Shown piece after piece: positions 56,104 through 64,000 of a DNA stretch of 64,000 nucleotides (its first letter is position 1; every line of letters starts with the position of its first letter). The stretch spans positions 1,300,692 through 1,364,691 of the forward strand of contig OZ251448.1 in assembly GCA_965242515.1 (NCBI GenBank). Direction: 5' to 3'. Under the pieces are notes generated by a model. The model was not told the DNA's origin and did no database searches. It saw only the letters and a program-made list of their open reading frames with translations. The translations under genes were made by a program, and so were the position numbers. This stretch comes from Bdellovibrionales bacterium (GTDB lineage Bacteria > Bdellovibrionota > Bdellovibrionia > Bdellovibrionales > UBA1609).

Positions 56104-57321
56104 ATGAAACAAAAAATTTTTACCCAACCCTTTGTGTTGGTGGCATTAGCCCTGTGTTTGGTAAGTCAAGGGGCTTTTAGCTCTCAAGAGCATCATCCTA
56201 TTGTTGATAGTATGATTACTAAGAATTTAACTCAACAATTACTCTATGCTGCAAAAAATGGTAAAGCAGAGGTAGTTAGAGAGATTTTATCATCAAAGCT
56301 TGTTGATGTTAATGCTTATGATGTTAATCGTCATGAGTCGCGTTATAAAAAAACAGCACTACATTATGCTTTAGAGCAGTTCACTGTTTATGAGTATTTA
56401 ATTCATGCTCCTGAAATAATAAGCATACTTGTTGAAGATTATGGAGCTGATGTGAATGCTAAAGATAATAAAGGACGAACACCTCTTCATTATGCTATAC
56501 GTGCAACTAATTATCAGTATAATGAGCATTTGTTTAGCAATATTATACCACATCATACTTATTCGTATATGTTACACTTAGCAAAAGTATTTATTGAAGA
56601 TTATGGAGCTGATGTAAATGCTAAAGATAATGAAGGAAAAACACCTCTTCATTATGCTACTAAAACTATAGAAGCTCCTAGTTTTTATGGTCTTGCACCG
56701 TGGGTTCGTGATGGAAGTATACGGGTTAAGATGTACAGACGTGATGTTTCACCAGACATGGTAAGAATGCTAATTAACAACGGAGCTGATGTGAATGCTA
56801 AAGATAATAACGGACAAACTCCTCTTCATAGTGTCGCTCAAACTAATTATATCTATCCAGAAGAGATGAACATCCATAGTATTGTATCTATATTAGTTAA
56901 AAATGGAGCTAATATTAATTCTAAAGATAATGAAGGAAAAACACCTCTTCATTATACTGCTCATCACGGATTCCGTAATATGCAAGCACTTGTTATGTAC
57001 GGAGCTGATGTGAATGCTAAAGATAATGACGGACGAACACTTTTTTATTACTTATTTCAAAAATACTCTTCGGATGATATGTATGCTAACTTCGACTTAG
57101 ATGAAAAATACGATAATGGGCAATATCTATTTTCCATAGAGCTAAGAAAACCACACCCTAGGGATAGTGCAATGCTATTTCTTATATCTAAAGGTGCTGA
57201 TATTCCAAAAGATATTCCTTATGAAACTAGCATAAGACTATATTGCACAACAAAAAATAAAAACCTAAAAATACAACTGTCTAAACAACATAGTTGGTTG
57301 GCAAAACAATGTCTTAACTAA
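56104..57321 (+). CDS. ankyrin-repeat protein with signal peptide
   Basis: Signal-like FVLVALALCLVSQGAFS. At least five G(A)DVNAKDN.G.TPLHY(A) repeats, nearly identical at the DNA level. Confidence 0.85.
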   Translation: MKQKIFTQPFVLVALALCLVSQGAFSSQEHHPIVDSMITKNLTQQLLYAAKNGKAEVVREILSSKLVDVNAYDVNRHESRYKKTALHYALEQFTVYEYLIHAPEIISILVEDYGADVNAKDNKGRTPLHYAIRATNYQYNEHLFSNIIPHHTYSYMLHLAKVFIEDYGADVNAKDNEGKTPLHYATKTIEAPSFYGLAPWVRDGSIRVKMYRRDVSPDMVRMLINNGADVNAKDNNGQTPLHSVAQTNYIYPEEMNIHSIVSILVKNGANINSKDNEGKTPLHYTAHHGFRNMQALVMYGADVNAKDNDGRTLFYYLFQKYSSDDMYANFDLDEKYDNGQYLFSIELRKPHPRDSAMLFLISKGADIPKDIPYETSIRLYCTTKNKNLKIQLSKQHSWLAKQCLN

Positions 57322-57403
57322 TATAAACCACCACATTTCGGTTTATAAACCGGGTGTAAAGTCAGATGGAGGGGTAGTTAAGACTCCACTACTCTTCCGG
57401 TTG

Positions 57404-58183
57404 TCAGTAACCAACAATAAAGTCAGCGGGTGGAGTGGTCAAAATCTCATACCCCTCGTTGGTTACTAATACCGTGTGTTCAAATTGTGCTGATAAAGAT
57501 CTATCACCTGTTTCATAGTATTTAATCTCCGAGTTTGCGATAGGAAACTCTTTAATCGCACAAGAGGTCTCATTCACCATAGGCTCTATGGTAATGCATT
57601 GCCCAGCTTTTAGCACTACACCTTTGCCTTTTTTGCCAACGGAAGGTACGAATGGCTCTTCATGAAAGCCCCGTCCAATACCGTGCCCGCCAATTTCTTG
57701 CACAGGGTAGAAGCCTTTTCTTGTTACATATTTATCTATTGCAAAGCCAATATCACCTGTTGTGCCACCTGCTTTCACTTGTAAGATACCCTTTAACATC
57801 GCTTGATAGGCACATTGCACTACTGACTTAGTACTCTCTGACACTTCGCCCACATAAAAAGTCCGAGAGGTATCCCCATGAAAGCCATCTTTTATACAAG
57901 TAATGTCAATGTTCACAATATCCCCATCCTGCAGTACATAATCCCCGGGTACTCCGTGGCAAATGCAGTGGTTAATAGAGGTGCAGATGGACTTAGGGTA
58001 CCCCTTATAACCTAAAGGTGCTGATTGTGCTTTCTCTTTGCGGGTCAACTCACAGGCAATATCGTCTAATTCGCATGTACGCATACCTGCTCGCACTTGG
58101 CTACCAGTACCAGCTAAAACACGAGCTGCAATACGCCCTGCCTGACGCATCAGTACCAACTCCTCTTTAGATAAAACTGCCAT
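57404..58183 (-). CDS. map: type I methionine aminopeptidase
   Basis: DIVNIDIT, GHGIGRGFHEEP, ITIEPM and FEHTVLVT metal-ligand motifs. Confidence 0.95.
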   Translation of the reverse strand: MAVLSKEELVLMRQAGRIAARVLAGTGSQVRAGMRTCELDDIACELTRKEKAQSAPLGYKGYPKSICTSINHCICHGVPGDYVLQDGDIVNIDITCIKDGFHGDTSRTFYVGEVSESTKSVVQCAYQAMLKGILQVKAGGTTGDIGFAIDKYVTRKGFYPVQEIGGHGIGRGFHEEPFVPSVGKKGKGVVLKAGQCITIEPMVNETSCAIKEFPIANSEIKYYETGDRSLSAQFEHTVLVTNEGYEILTTPPADFIVGY

Positions 58184-58337
58184 AAAAAACCTTAAACCTT
58201 TCTTATATTATATTATATTATTACTATTACTTACTTAGTGCAAAATTTTTAATTTTCTCTGAGCTTGTTATGTTTCAGCCTCCTAACCCTTCTTATTTAA
58301 AAATCTATAAAAAATCATTTTGAATGTAGCTGTTCTG

Positions 58338-58512
58338 TTTAATTTTTAAACAGCTTGTTACAAGCTTACTTTAGCTAAACTAAAATCTTAAGAAATATCT
58401 ATAAGACTTTTATCATATTTTAATAACAAGTATTAGCTTAAGTTGTCTCATCAAAACCCAAAAGCAATAGTATCTTGTATTTTTTGTCTTTAAAAGAGTA
58501 AGCTTTTTCTGG
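58338..58512. repeat. about 172-bp direct repeat, left copy (brackets the Rpn pseudogene cassette)
   Basis: atttttaaacagcttgttacaagcttactttagctaaact...ttttttgtctttaaaag...ctgg matches 59809-59980 with a few substitutions. Confidence 0.8.
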
Positions 58513-58513
58513 A

Positions 58514-58535
58514 TTCCTGCTCTTATTCAGGAATT
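58514..58535. repeat. ATTCC-N12-GGAAT palindrome (family P)
   Basis: attcctgctcttattcaggaat, immediately followed by an IS-end-like sequence. Confidence 0.7.
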
Positions 58536-58566
58536 ATAAATGTGAACTCCATTCGGTGGCAGAATT
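58536..58566. mobile_element. solo terminal inverted repeat of an IS related to the one at 45917-47098
   Basis: TATAAATGTGAACTCCATTCGGTGGCAGAAT versus TGTAAATGTTCACTAATTTGGTGACAGAAT (about 24 of 31 positions). Same position relative to GGAAT. Confidence 0.5.
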
Positions 58567-58805
58567 CATGTTATAAGCAGGTGGTAAAATCTGTTTAAAA
58601 AGCACTCCAAAATGATTTTGTGCAAACAATGTACAAAATAATGTGCAGTTTTTGGACACATTTTTGTCCAAAAAGTGGACATTTTTATTATCAATGCTCT
58701 TTTTATAGCCGTTTTTGCCTCAAGCACTAACTCAAAAGCTTACTTTTAAGGGTGGTCTCTATTTTGCATATAACTTATGCAGATACCATTTTTTAATGGT
58801 ACAAA

Positions 58806-59802
58806 ATGAGTAATATCTATGATGGAGATAACATTATGAAAACTAAATTTAAGCAAATCAAACAATTTATACATGATCTTTTTTTTAGAGAAGTGTATTT
58901 TCACACCAAGTATGCCTTGGACATATTCCGTCTTATACTTACTCAAGAAGAATACGATCTTTTTAACTGGGATACCTTAACTTGTGAACAAACTACCTTT
59001 TTTAACAAACAAGGAAGAGAAAAACGCATGGACTTAGCCTTCTCAGTACAAACTAAAAACTCTGATGAAAAAATAAAGCTTCTTTTTTTATTAGAACACA
59101 AAAGCTGGCAAGATCCTAAAGTTATGCAACAGATGTTAATGTACCAAGCCAGTATGTATGAGAGTACTAACTGTCCTATTATCCCAGTATTAGTGTACCA
59201 GGGTAAGCACAAGGAGTATAAAGGACCTTTAAGCTTTCATAAGTTTTTACACTGGACTTCTGTATTGAATAAGCATTTTAAGCAAAATGTATTAAATTTC
59301 ACTCCACGGTTATTAAACATACAAGCTTTAGATATAGAAAAGGAGGCAAAGGGGTTGCTAACTCGTCCTATTTTGTATATATTAAAATATATGGAGGTTA
59401 GATGAGCTTAAGGTTCGTGAATTATTTACATTAGGGCAGGAGTTAAGTTATGAGGAGCGAGGGGAGTTAGTAGGGCGAGCTGCGGATTATATGAGGAAAT
59501 ATGATCCGAATTTTAGTTTTAATGTAGCACGAGAAATAGAGGCTAAAACAATAACAGATAAGGAGGAAAGAATTATGACACCTTTATTACAATATTCATT
59601 AGATGAGGCAAAAGCAGAAGGTATGCATATTGGCAGGCTGGAAGGCAAGGAAGAAGGAAGAGAAGAAGGAAGAGAAGAAGAAAGACGACAGGTGATTGCG
59701 AACATGTTTCGGAAAAATGTAGATATTCCATTTATTGCAAAGGTCACTGGGGTTTCGGAAGCAGAGATCAAAAAGCTACAAAAAGACAATCCTCATAAGT
59801 AG
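58806..59802 (+). pseudogene. Rpn-family gene copy B, disrupted by a 2-nt deletion
   Basis: ORFs 58806-59405 and 59491-59802 together align to the 334-aa copy A. B reads attaaaatatatgg where A reads attaaagcatatatgg (about 59383). The conserved leader is at 58657-58805. Confidence 0.7.
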
Positions 59803-59808
59803 GTCTTT

Positions 59809-59980
59809 TTGTTATTTTTAAACAGCTTGTTACAAGCTTACTTTAGCTAAACTCAAATCTTAAGAAATATCTACAAGACTTTTATTATATTGTTAATAAC
59901 AAGTATTAGCTTAAGTTGTCTTGTCATGACCCAAAAACAATAGTATTTTATATTTTTTGTCTTTAAAAGGGGCTTTCTGG
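59809..59980. repeat. about 172-bp direct repeat, right copy
   Basis: See 58338-58512. It starts 7 nt after the Rpn pseudogene stop. Confidence 0.8.
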
Positions 59981-60189
59981 CTTACTTTTTCGCAAGGTAT
60001 AATGCTTTTTCAGAGGCTCAAACAAGGGGGACGAGAAGCTAATAAAGCTTAGCTTTGTAGACGGGCTTTTAGTAAAAACCATATAGTCACAAAACCTTAG
60101 GCTGACTTCATCCAGACTTTTCTCTAGATTTTCCCGCCAACACTTAAAAATTTTACAGAAACACACTTTATTTTCACGAAAAGTTTTTT

Positions 60190-62283
60190 ATGAAAACAAA
60201 CTTATCAGTAGCTGAAAAAAGAGATATTATTAAGTGCCTTGATGAAGATAAGCCACTTAGTGATAAATACAGGTTTTTACTTTTTGAAGATAAAAAAGAA
60301 GTAGAGTTGGTGTGGAATGGTAAAACTCCCGAGGTAAGCAATATTGTACTCCCTTTTCAAACTATTGAAGCAGTAGATGAGCCAAGAGTTGCTAACAGTC
60401 AATTAACCCTTGTTAGTGCTGATGAGAGAGGAAGGCAAAGTAATGGTTGGACAAATAAGTTAATATGGGGTGATAATAAACTAATTTTATCAAGCCTAAG
60501 AGATGGACCTATGAGAAAAGAAATTGAAGAAGCTGGAGGTTTAAAGCTTATTTACATTGACCCTCCTTTTGATGTAGGGGCTGATTTTACTATGAAAGTA
60601 GATATTGGCGATGAGAAACTAACAAAAAACCCTAATGTGTTAGAAGAGCTTGCTTACAGAGATACTTGGCAAAAAGGAAAAGACTCTTTTATTGCTATGA
60701 TTTATGAAAGGCTTTCGCTTATGCGAGATTTACTTGCCGATGATGGAAGTATTTATGTCCATTGTGACTGGAGGGTTAATAGCCATATTCGCTTAATAAT
60801 GGATGAAATTTTTGGAAAAGATAATTTTAAAAATGAAATAATAGCACATTATACTGCTGTTGGTTTAAAAGCTAAAGCGAAGAAATTTCATCAAAATACA
60901 GAAAATATCTATTATTATGTTAAGGATCAAAAAAGGGCTTTATATAATGAAGTTTTTGAGAAATTAGATAAACCAAGAACTGCCAGTAAGCATGTATTTG
61001 ATTCAGCTTCTGGTAAGGCAAGTAGGGTTCGTGATGAAAATGGGAAAATAAAATATTTTAAAGTATGGAAAAATAAAGTAGATAACTTTATTTCAATGCC
61101 AGCTTTAAGAGGAGAAGAGAAATTAAACTACCCAACTCAAAAACCAAAAGCTTTGCTTGAGAGAATTATTAAAGCATCTTCCAATGAGGGCGACCTTGTA
61201 GCTGACTTTTTTTGTGGCTCTGGTACTACTTGTGAAGTGGCTGAAAGGCTTGGTAGAAAATGGATAGGATCAGACCTTGGTAAATTTGCTATCCACACAA
61301 CCCGTAAAAGAATGATTGATGTCCAAAAAGAATTAAAAAAAGAAGGTAAAGACTTCCTATCTTTTGAGCTACTTAACCTTGGTAAATACGAAAGGCAACA
61401 TTACTTTGGAGTAAATGTAAATTTAAGAAAAAAAGAACAAGAAAAACAACTTGCCAGCAAAGAAAAAGATTATCGTAACCTTATTATTAAAGCGTATAAA
61501 GCTCAATTTGTTAAAGGGTTTAAAACTTTTGTAGCAAAAAAAGCAGGAAGATTTGTTTCAGTAGGACCTATCAATTTACCTGCCTCAAGGCTTTTTATAG
61601 AAGCTATTGTAAAAGAAGCTAAAAAGAAACACATTACTAAAGTAGATGTACTATCTTTTGAATATGAAATGGGCTTGTTCCCAAAAATCCAAGAAGAGGC
61701 GAAAGCTAAAGGGGTTAATCTAAACCTTAAATATATTCCAAAATCAGTTTTTGACACGCAAGCAGTAGCAAAAAATCAAGTGCGGTTTCATGATGTCTCT
61801 TATATTGAAGTAAAACCATATATAAAAAATAATAAAATAGCTGTAAAATTAACTGATTTTAGTGTTTATTATAACCAAGGTATTGTAGATAATGTAGTAG
61901 ATTCTTTAAAAAATGGTAGCCACAAAGTTTTAGTCAAAGAAGGGAATATTTATAAATACTATAAAGATAAAAGTGGTGTTATTAAATACGATCTCTTAAC
62001 AAAAAACTGGAAAGATTGGGTAGATTACTGGGCAGTGGATTTTGACTTTGAAAGCAAAAAAGAAATTATACGAATAAAAAACGGCAGAGGCATTGAAGAA
62101 AAATGGACTGGGGATTATGTTTTTGAAAATGAATGGCAGTCTTTTAGAACAAAAAGCAATCGCTCGCTTGAGTTAAAAAGTGCTTTTCATAAATGTGAGA
62201 AAAAAGGATCAAGAAAAGTGGCTATTAAAGTTGTAGATATTTTTGGTAATGATACAATGAAAGTAATGAAGGTCGCAGTATGA
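60190..62283 (+). CDS. beta-class N6/N4 DNA methyltransferase (Type III Mod-like) with a long C-terminal extension
   Basis: LVWNGK N-terminal motif. Motif [12 protein letters not shown] precedes motif [10 protein letters not shown] (beta permutation). About 330 extra C-terminal residues of unknown function. Confidence 0.85.
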   Translation: MKTNLSVAEKRDIIKCLDEDKPLSDKYRFLLFEDKKEVELVWNGKTPEVSNIVLPFQTIEAVDEPRVANSQLTLVSADERGRQSNGWTNKLIWGDNKLILSSLRDGPMRKEIEEAGGLKLIYIDPPFDVGADFTMKVDIGDEKLTKNPNVLEELAYRDTWQKGKDSFIAMIYERLSLMRDLLADDGSIYVHCDWRVNSHIRLIMDEIFGKDNFKNEIIAHYTAVGLKAKAKKFHQNTENIYYYVKDQKRALYNEVFEKLDKPRTASKHVFDSASGKASRVRDENGKIKYFKVWKNKVDNFISMPALRGEEKLNYPTQKPKALLERIIKASSNEGDLVADFFCGSGTTCEVAERLGRKWIGSDLGKFAIHTTRKRMIDVQKELKKEGKDFLSFELLNLGKYERQHYFGVNVNLRKKEQEKQLASKEKDYRNLIIKAYKAQFVKGFKTFVAKKAGRFVSVGPINLPASRLFIEAIVKEAKKKHITKVDVLSFEYEMGLFPKIQEEAKAKGVNLNLKYIPKSVFDTQAVAKNQVRFHDVSYIEVKPYIKNNKIAVKLTDFSVYYNQGIVDNVVDSLKNGSHKVLVKEGNIYKYYKDKSGVIKYDLLTKNWKDWVDYWAVDFDFESKKEIIRIKNGRGIEEKWTGDYVFENEWQSFRTKSNRSLELKSAFHKCEKKGSRKVAIKVVDIFGNDTMKVMKVAV

Positions 62284-63461
62284 ACATTGTACATTCTAAT
62301 CCAGCAGTTTTAAAATGGGCTAGGGAGCAGTCTGGTTTTAAATTAGAAGAAGTTGCAAATAAACTTAGAAGAAGGACCATCACAGCTAAAACAATAACAG
62401 CATGGGAAAATGGCGAAGCATTTCCTTCCTATGCTCAATTAGAAGATTTAGCTTATAAAATATATAAAAGACCTTTAGCTTTGTTCTTTTTCCCTGAACC
62501 ACCTGATGAGAGCGATATTAAACAATCCTTTAGGACATTATCAGAACCAATTAACAATCTTAATCCTAAAATGAGATTTATGATTCGTAAAGCTCGTGTT
62601 ATGCAATTAAACTTGATAGAATTATATGAAAATCAAAAGCAAGAGAAACAAATATTTCAAGATATAAAATTTAATACTCATTTGTCTATTAACAGTTTAT
62701 CACAAAAAGTAAGAGAGTATTTAGGTATAGACTTAAATGAACAAAAAAAATGGAAAAATACTGATAAAGCTTTATTAAAATGGCGATCAGTATTAGAATC
62801 TTGTGGTATTTTTATTTTTAAAGATTCTTTTAAAGAATCTAAGTTTTCTGGGTTTTGTTTGTATGATTCTAATTTTCCGGTGATTTATCTTAATAGCAAA
62901 GAAACCAGTTCTCGTCAGATATTTACTCTTTTTCATGAATTAGCACATATATTATTTCAAACTAGTGGATTTGACCCTTTGGATAAAACCTACTTTAGAA
63001 GTCAATTAAATGAGGATAATAAAAAAATAGAAATTATGTGTAATGAATTTGCTGGTGTTTTTTTAGTTCCAGAAGACTCTTTACCTGCAGTGGTTGCTGG
63101 TAAAAATGTTACTATAGATAATGTAATTAAGTGGGCAAAAGGATATTCAGTTAGCCCAGAGGTTTTTTTAAGAAGATTAAAAGAAAAGAAATTTATTTCT
63201 CAAACAGCATATAATAACTTAGTACAACAAGCTAAATTAAATTACCAACAAATATCTAAAAACAGAAAAAAAATAGTTGACCCTTATATAGTGCGGGAAT
63301 CTCAATTAGGTAAAAAATATATATCTCTTGTATATAGTAAATATTATAAAGATCAAATTTCTATAGAGAAACTTGCAGATTTTTTAGGTGTGAAACCTGA
63401 TTTTGCTCTTAGGCTTGAACCTTACAGCCGTATCAAAAAAAGACAGAAAGATTCGGTGTAA
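62280..63461 (+). CDS. XRE-type HTH fused to an ImmA/IrrE (COG2856) zinc metallopeptidase domain
   Basis: N-terminal HTH ([19 protein letters not shown]...[20 protein letters not shown]). HExxH in [16 protein letters not shown] overlap with the mod stop. Confidence 0.8.
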   Translation: MNIVHSNPAVLKWAREQSGFKLEEVANKLRRRTITAKTITAWENGEAFPSYAQLEDLAYKIYKRPLALFFFPEPPDESDIKQSFRTLSEPINNLNPKMRFMIRKARVMQLNLIELYENQKQEKQIFQDIKFNTHLSINSLSQKVREYLGIDLNEQKKWKNTDKALLKWRSVLESCGIFIFKDSFKESKFSGFCLYDSNFPVIYLNSKETSSRQIFTLFHELAHILFQTSGFDPLDKTYFRSQLNEDNKKIEIMCNEFAGVFLVPEDSLPAVVAGKNVTIDNVIKWAKGYSVSPEVFLRRLKEKKFISQTAYNNLVQQAKLNYQQISKNRKKIVDPYIVRESQLGKKYISLVYSKYYKDQISIEKLADFLGVKPDFALRLEPYSRIKKRQKDSV

Positions 63462-63462
63462 T

Positions 63463-63939
63463 ATGAAATATGTTTTTGATACAAGTTCTTTAAAAATTTT
63501 ATTTAATAATTTTTACCCTGATAATTTTCCTACTTTGTGGAATAGATTTAATAAATTTGTTTCTCAAAAACGATACTTTTCTGTAAAAGAGGTTAGACGA
63601 GAATTTGATTACTTTTATGGAATGGAATATTTGATTATATGGTCAAAAAAGCACAGCTATTTTTTTTTAAAACCTGATGAGTATGAAGATAATTTTATGT
63701 CACATATTTTTACTAAAAAACCTCATTTTAGAGGTTTAGTTAAAAACAAAAATATACTTAGTGGTAAGCCAGTAGCAGACCCTTTTGTAATTGCTAAGGC
63801 GAAAGCACTTAAAGGCTGTGTTGTAACTGAAGAAAAATATAAAGAGAATTCCGCTAAAATACCTAATGTATGTGAGTACTTTAACATTTCTTGTACAAAT
63901 TTAAAGGGCTTTATGAAAAAGGAAAAGTGGAAGTTTTAA
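63463..63939 (+). CDS. DUF4411-like (PIN-like fold) protein
   Basis: MKYVFDTSSLKILFNNFYPDNFPTLWNRF...VKEVRREF and ADPFVIAKAKA resemble the DUF4411 family as I recall it. The start at 63463 is 1 nt after the ImmA stop. Confidence 0.6.
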   Translation: MKYVFDTSSLKILFNNFYPDNFPTLWNRFNKFVSQKRYFSVKEVRREFDYFYGMEYLIIWSKKHSYFFLKPDEYEDNFMSHIFTKKPHFRGLVKNKNILSGKPVADPFVIAKAKALKGCVVTEEKYKENSAKIPNVCEYFNISCTNLKGFMKKEKWKF

Positions 63940-64000
63940 ATGGCGTTACACAAAAACTTTCCAAAATCACCTTATGAAGTGCTTAATCCTGATATACGCT
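63940..64000 (+). CDS. 5' end of the next operon gene (unknown; possibly the restriction/helicase partner)
   Basis: The ATG directly abuts the previous stop (TAAATG). Only MALHKNFPKSPYEVLNPDIR is visible. Confidence 0.35.
   Translation, partial: MALHKNFPKSPYEVLNPDIR

Noticed and set aside
1-64000. rRNA, tRNA, tmRNA and RNase P genes
   Set aside because: Scanning gene-free stretches by eye found no T-loop (GGTTCGAATCC-like) plus acceptor-stem combinations and no rRNA-like conserved blocks. A tRNAscan/Infernal run is needed to be certain.

Overview
AT-rich (roughly one-third G+C by eye) bacterial chromosomal window from an organism with a Gram-negative-type envelope (TonB, SecDF, lipobox and beta-barrel signals). 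Lineage cannot be fixed from sequence alone. An ankyrin protein, a tail-fibre-like adhesin and palindromic repeat mosaics hint at a host-associated or predatory proteobacterium-like lifestyle; this is speculation. The housekeeping backbone is dppB/dppC-like permeases-nagZ-tonB, clpP-clpX-lon, pepA, a gshA-like ligase, lysS plus a class I aldolase, nfu, secD-secF, aroA plus an aroK/aroD/aroE fusion plus aroC, grxD, ggt and map. Two accessory islands interrupt it. Island 1 (about 32-47.2 kb) holds small secreted proteins and lipoproteins, an AAA+ (AAA_14/DUF4143) ATPase behind a perfect 41-bp palindrome, a Doc/Fic fragment and an Rpn-family PD-(D/E)XK gene. It also holds a three-gene fibre operon: a fibre protein with a pilin-like N-terminus, about 20 NxFIGxxAG repeats and a peptidase-S74-type chaperone tail; a Cys-rich modular protein; and a 4-TM protein. 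Upstream of that operon is a 1.9-kb gene-free mosaic of palindromic repeats containing a perfect 29-copy 8-bp microsatellite, and an intact IS481-like element inserted with a 5-bp duplication exactly at the arm of one palindrome. Island 2 (about 58.2-64 kb) holds a second, frameshifted Rpn copy bracketed by about 172-bp direct repeats, then a tightly overlapped operon of mod, HTH-ImmA/IrrE, DUF4411 (PIN-like) and a further gene. Other points of interest are a TPR plus winged-helix regulator followed 18 nt later by a small secreted-peptide ORF (RRNPP-like layout), a secreted protein with a caspase-like His/Cys dyad pattern, an AROM-ordered shikimate cluster, and in-frame tandem repeats inside several housekeeping genes. 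I recognised no rRNA, tRNA or CRISPR array. All family calls come from motif recognition by eye and need HMM/BLAST confirmation.
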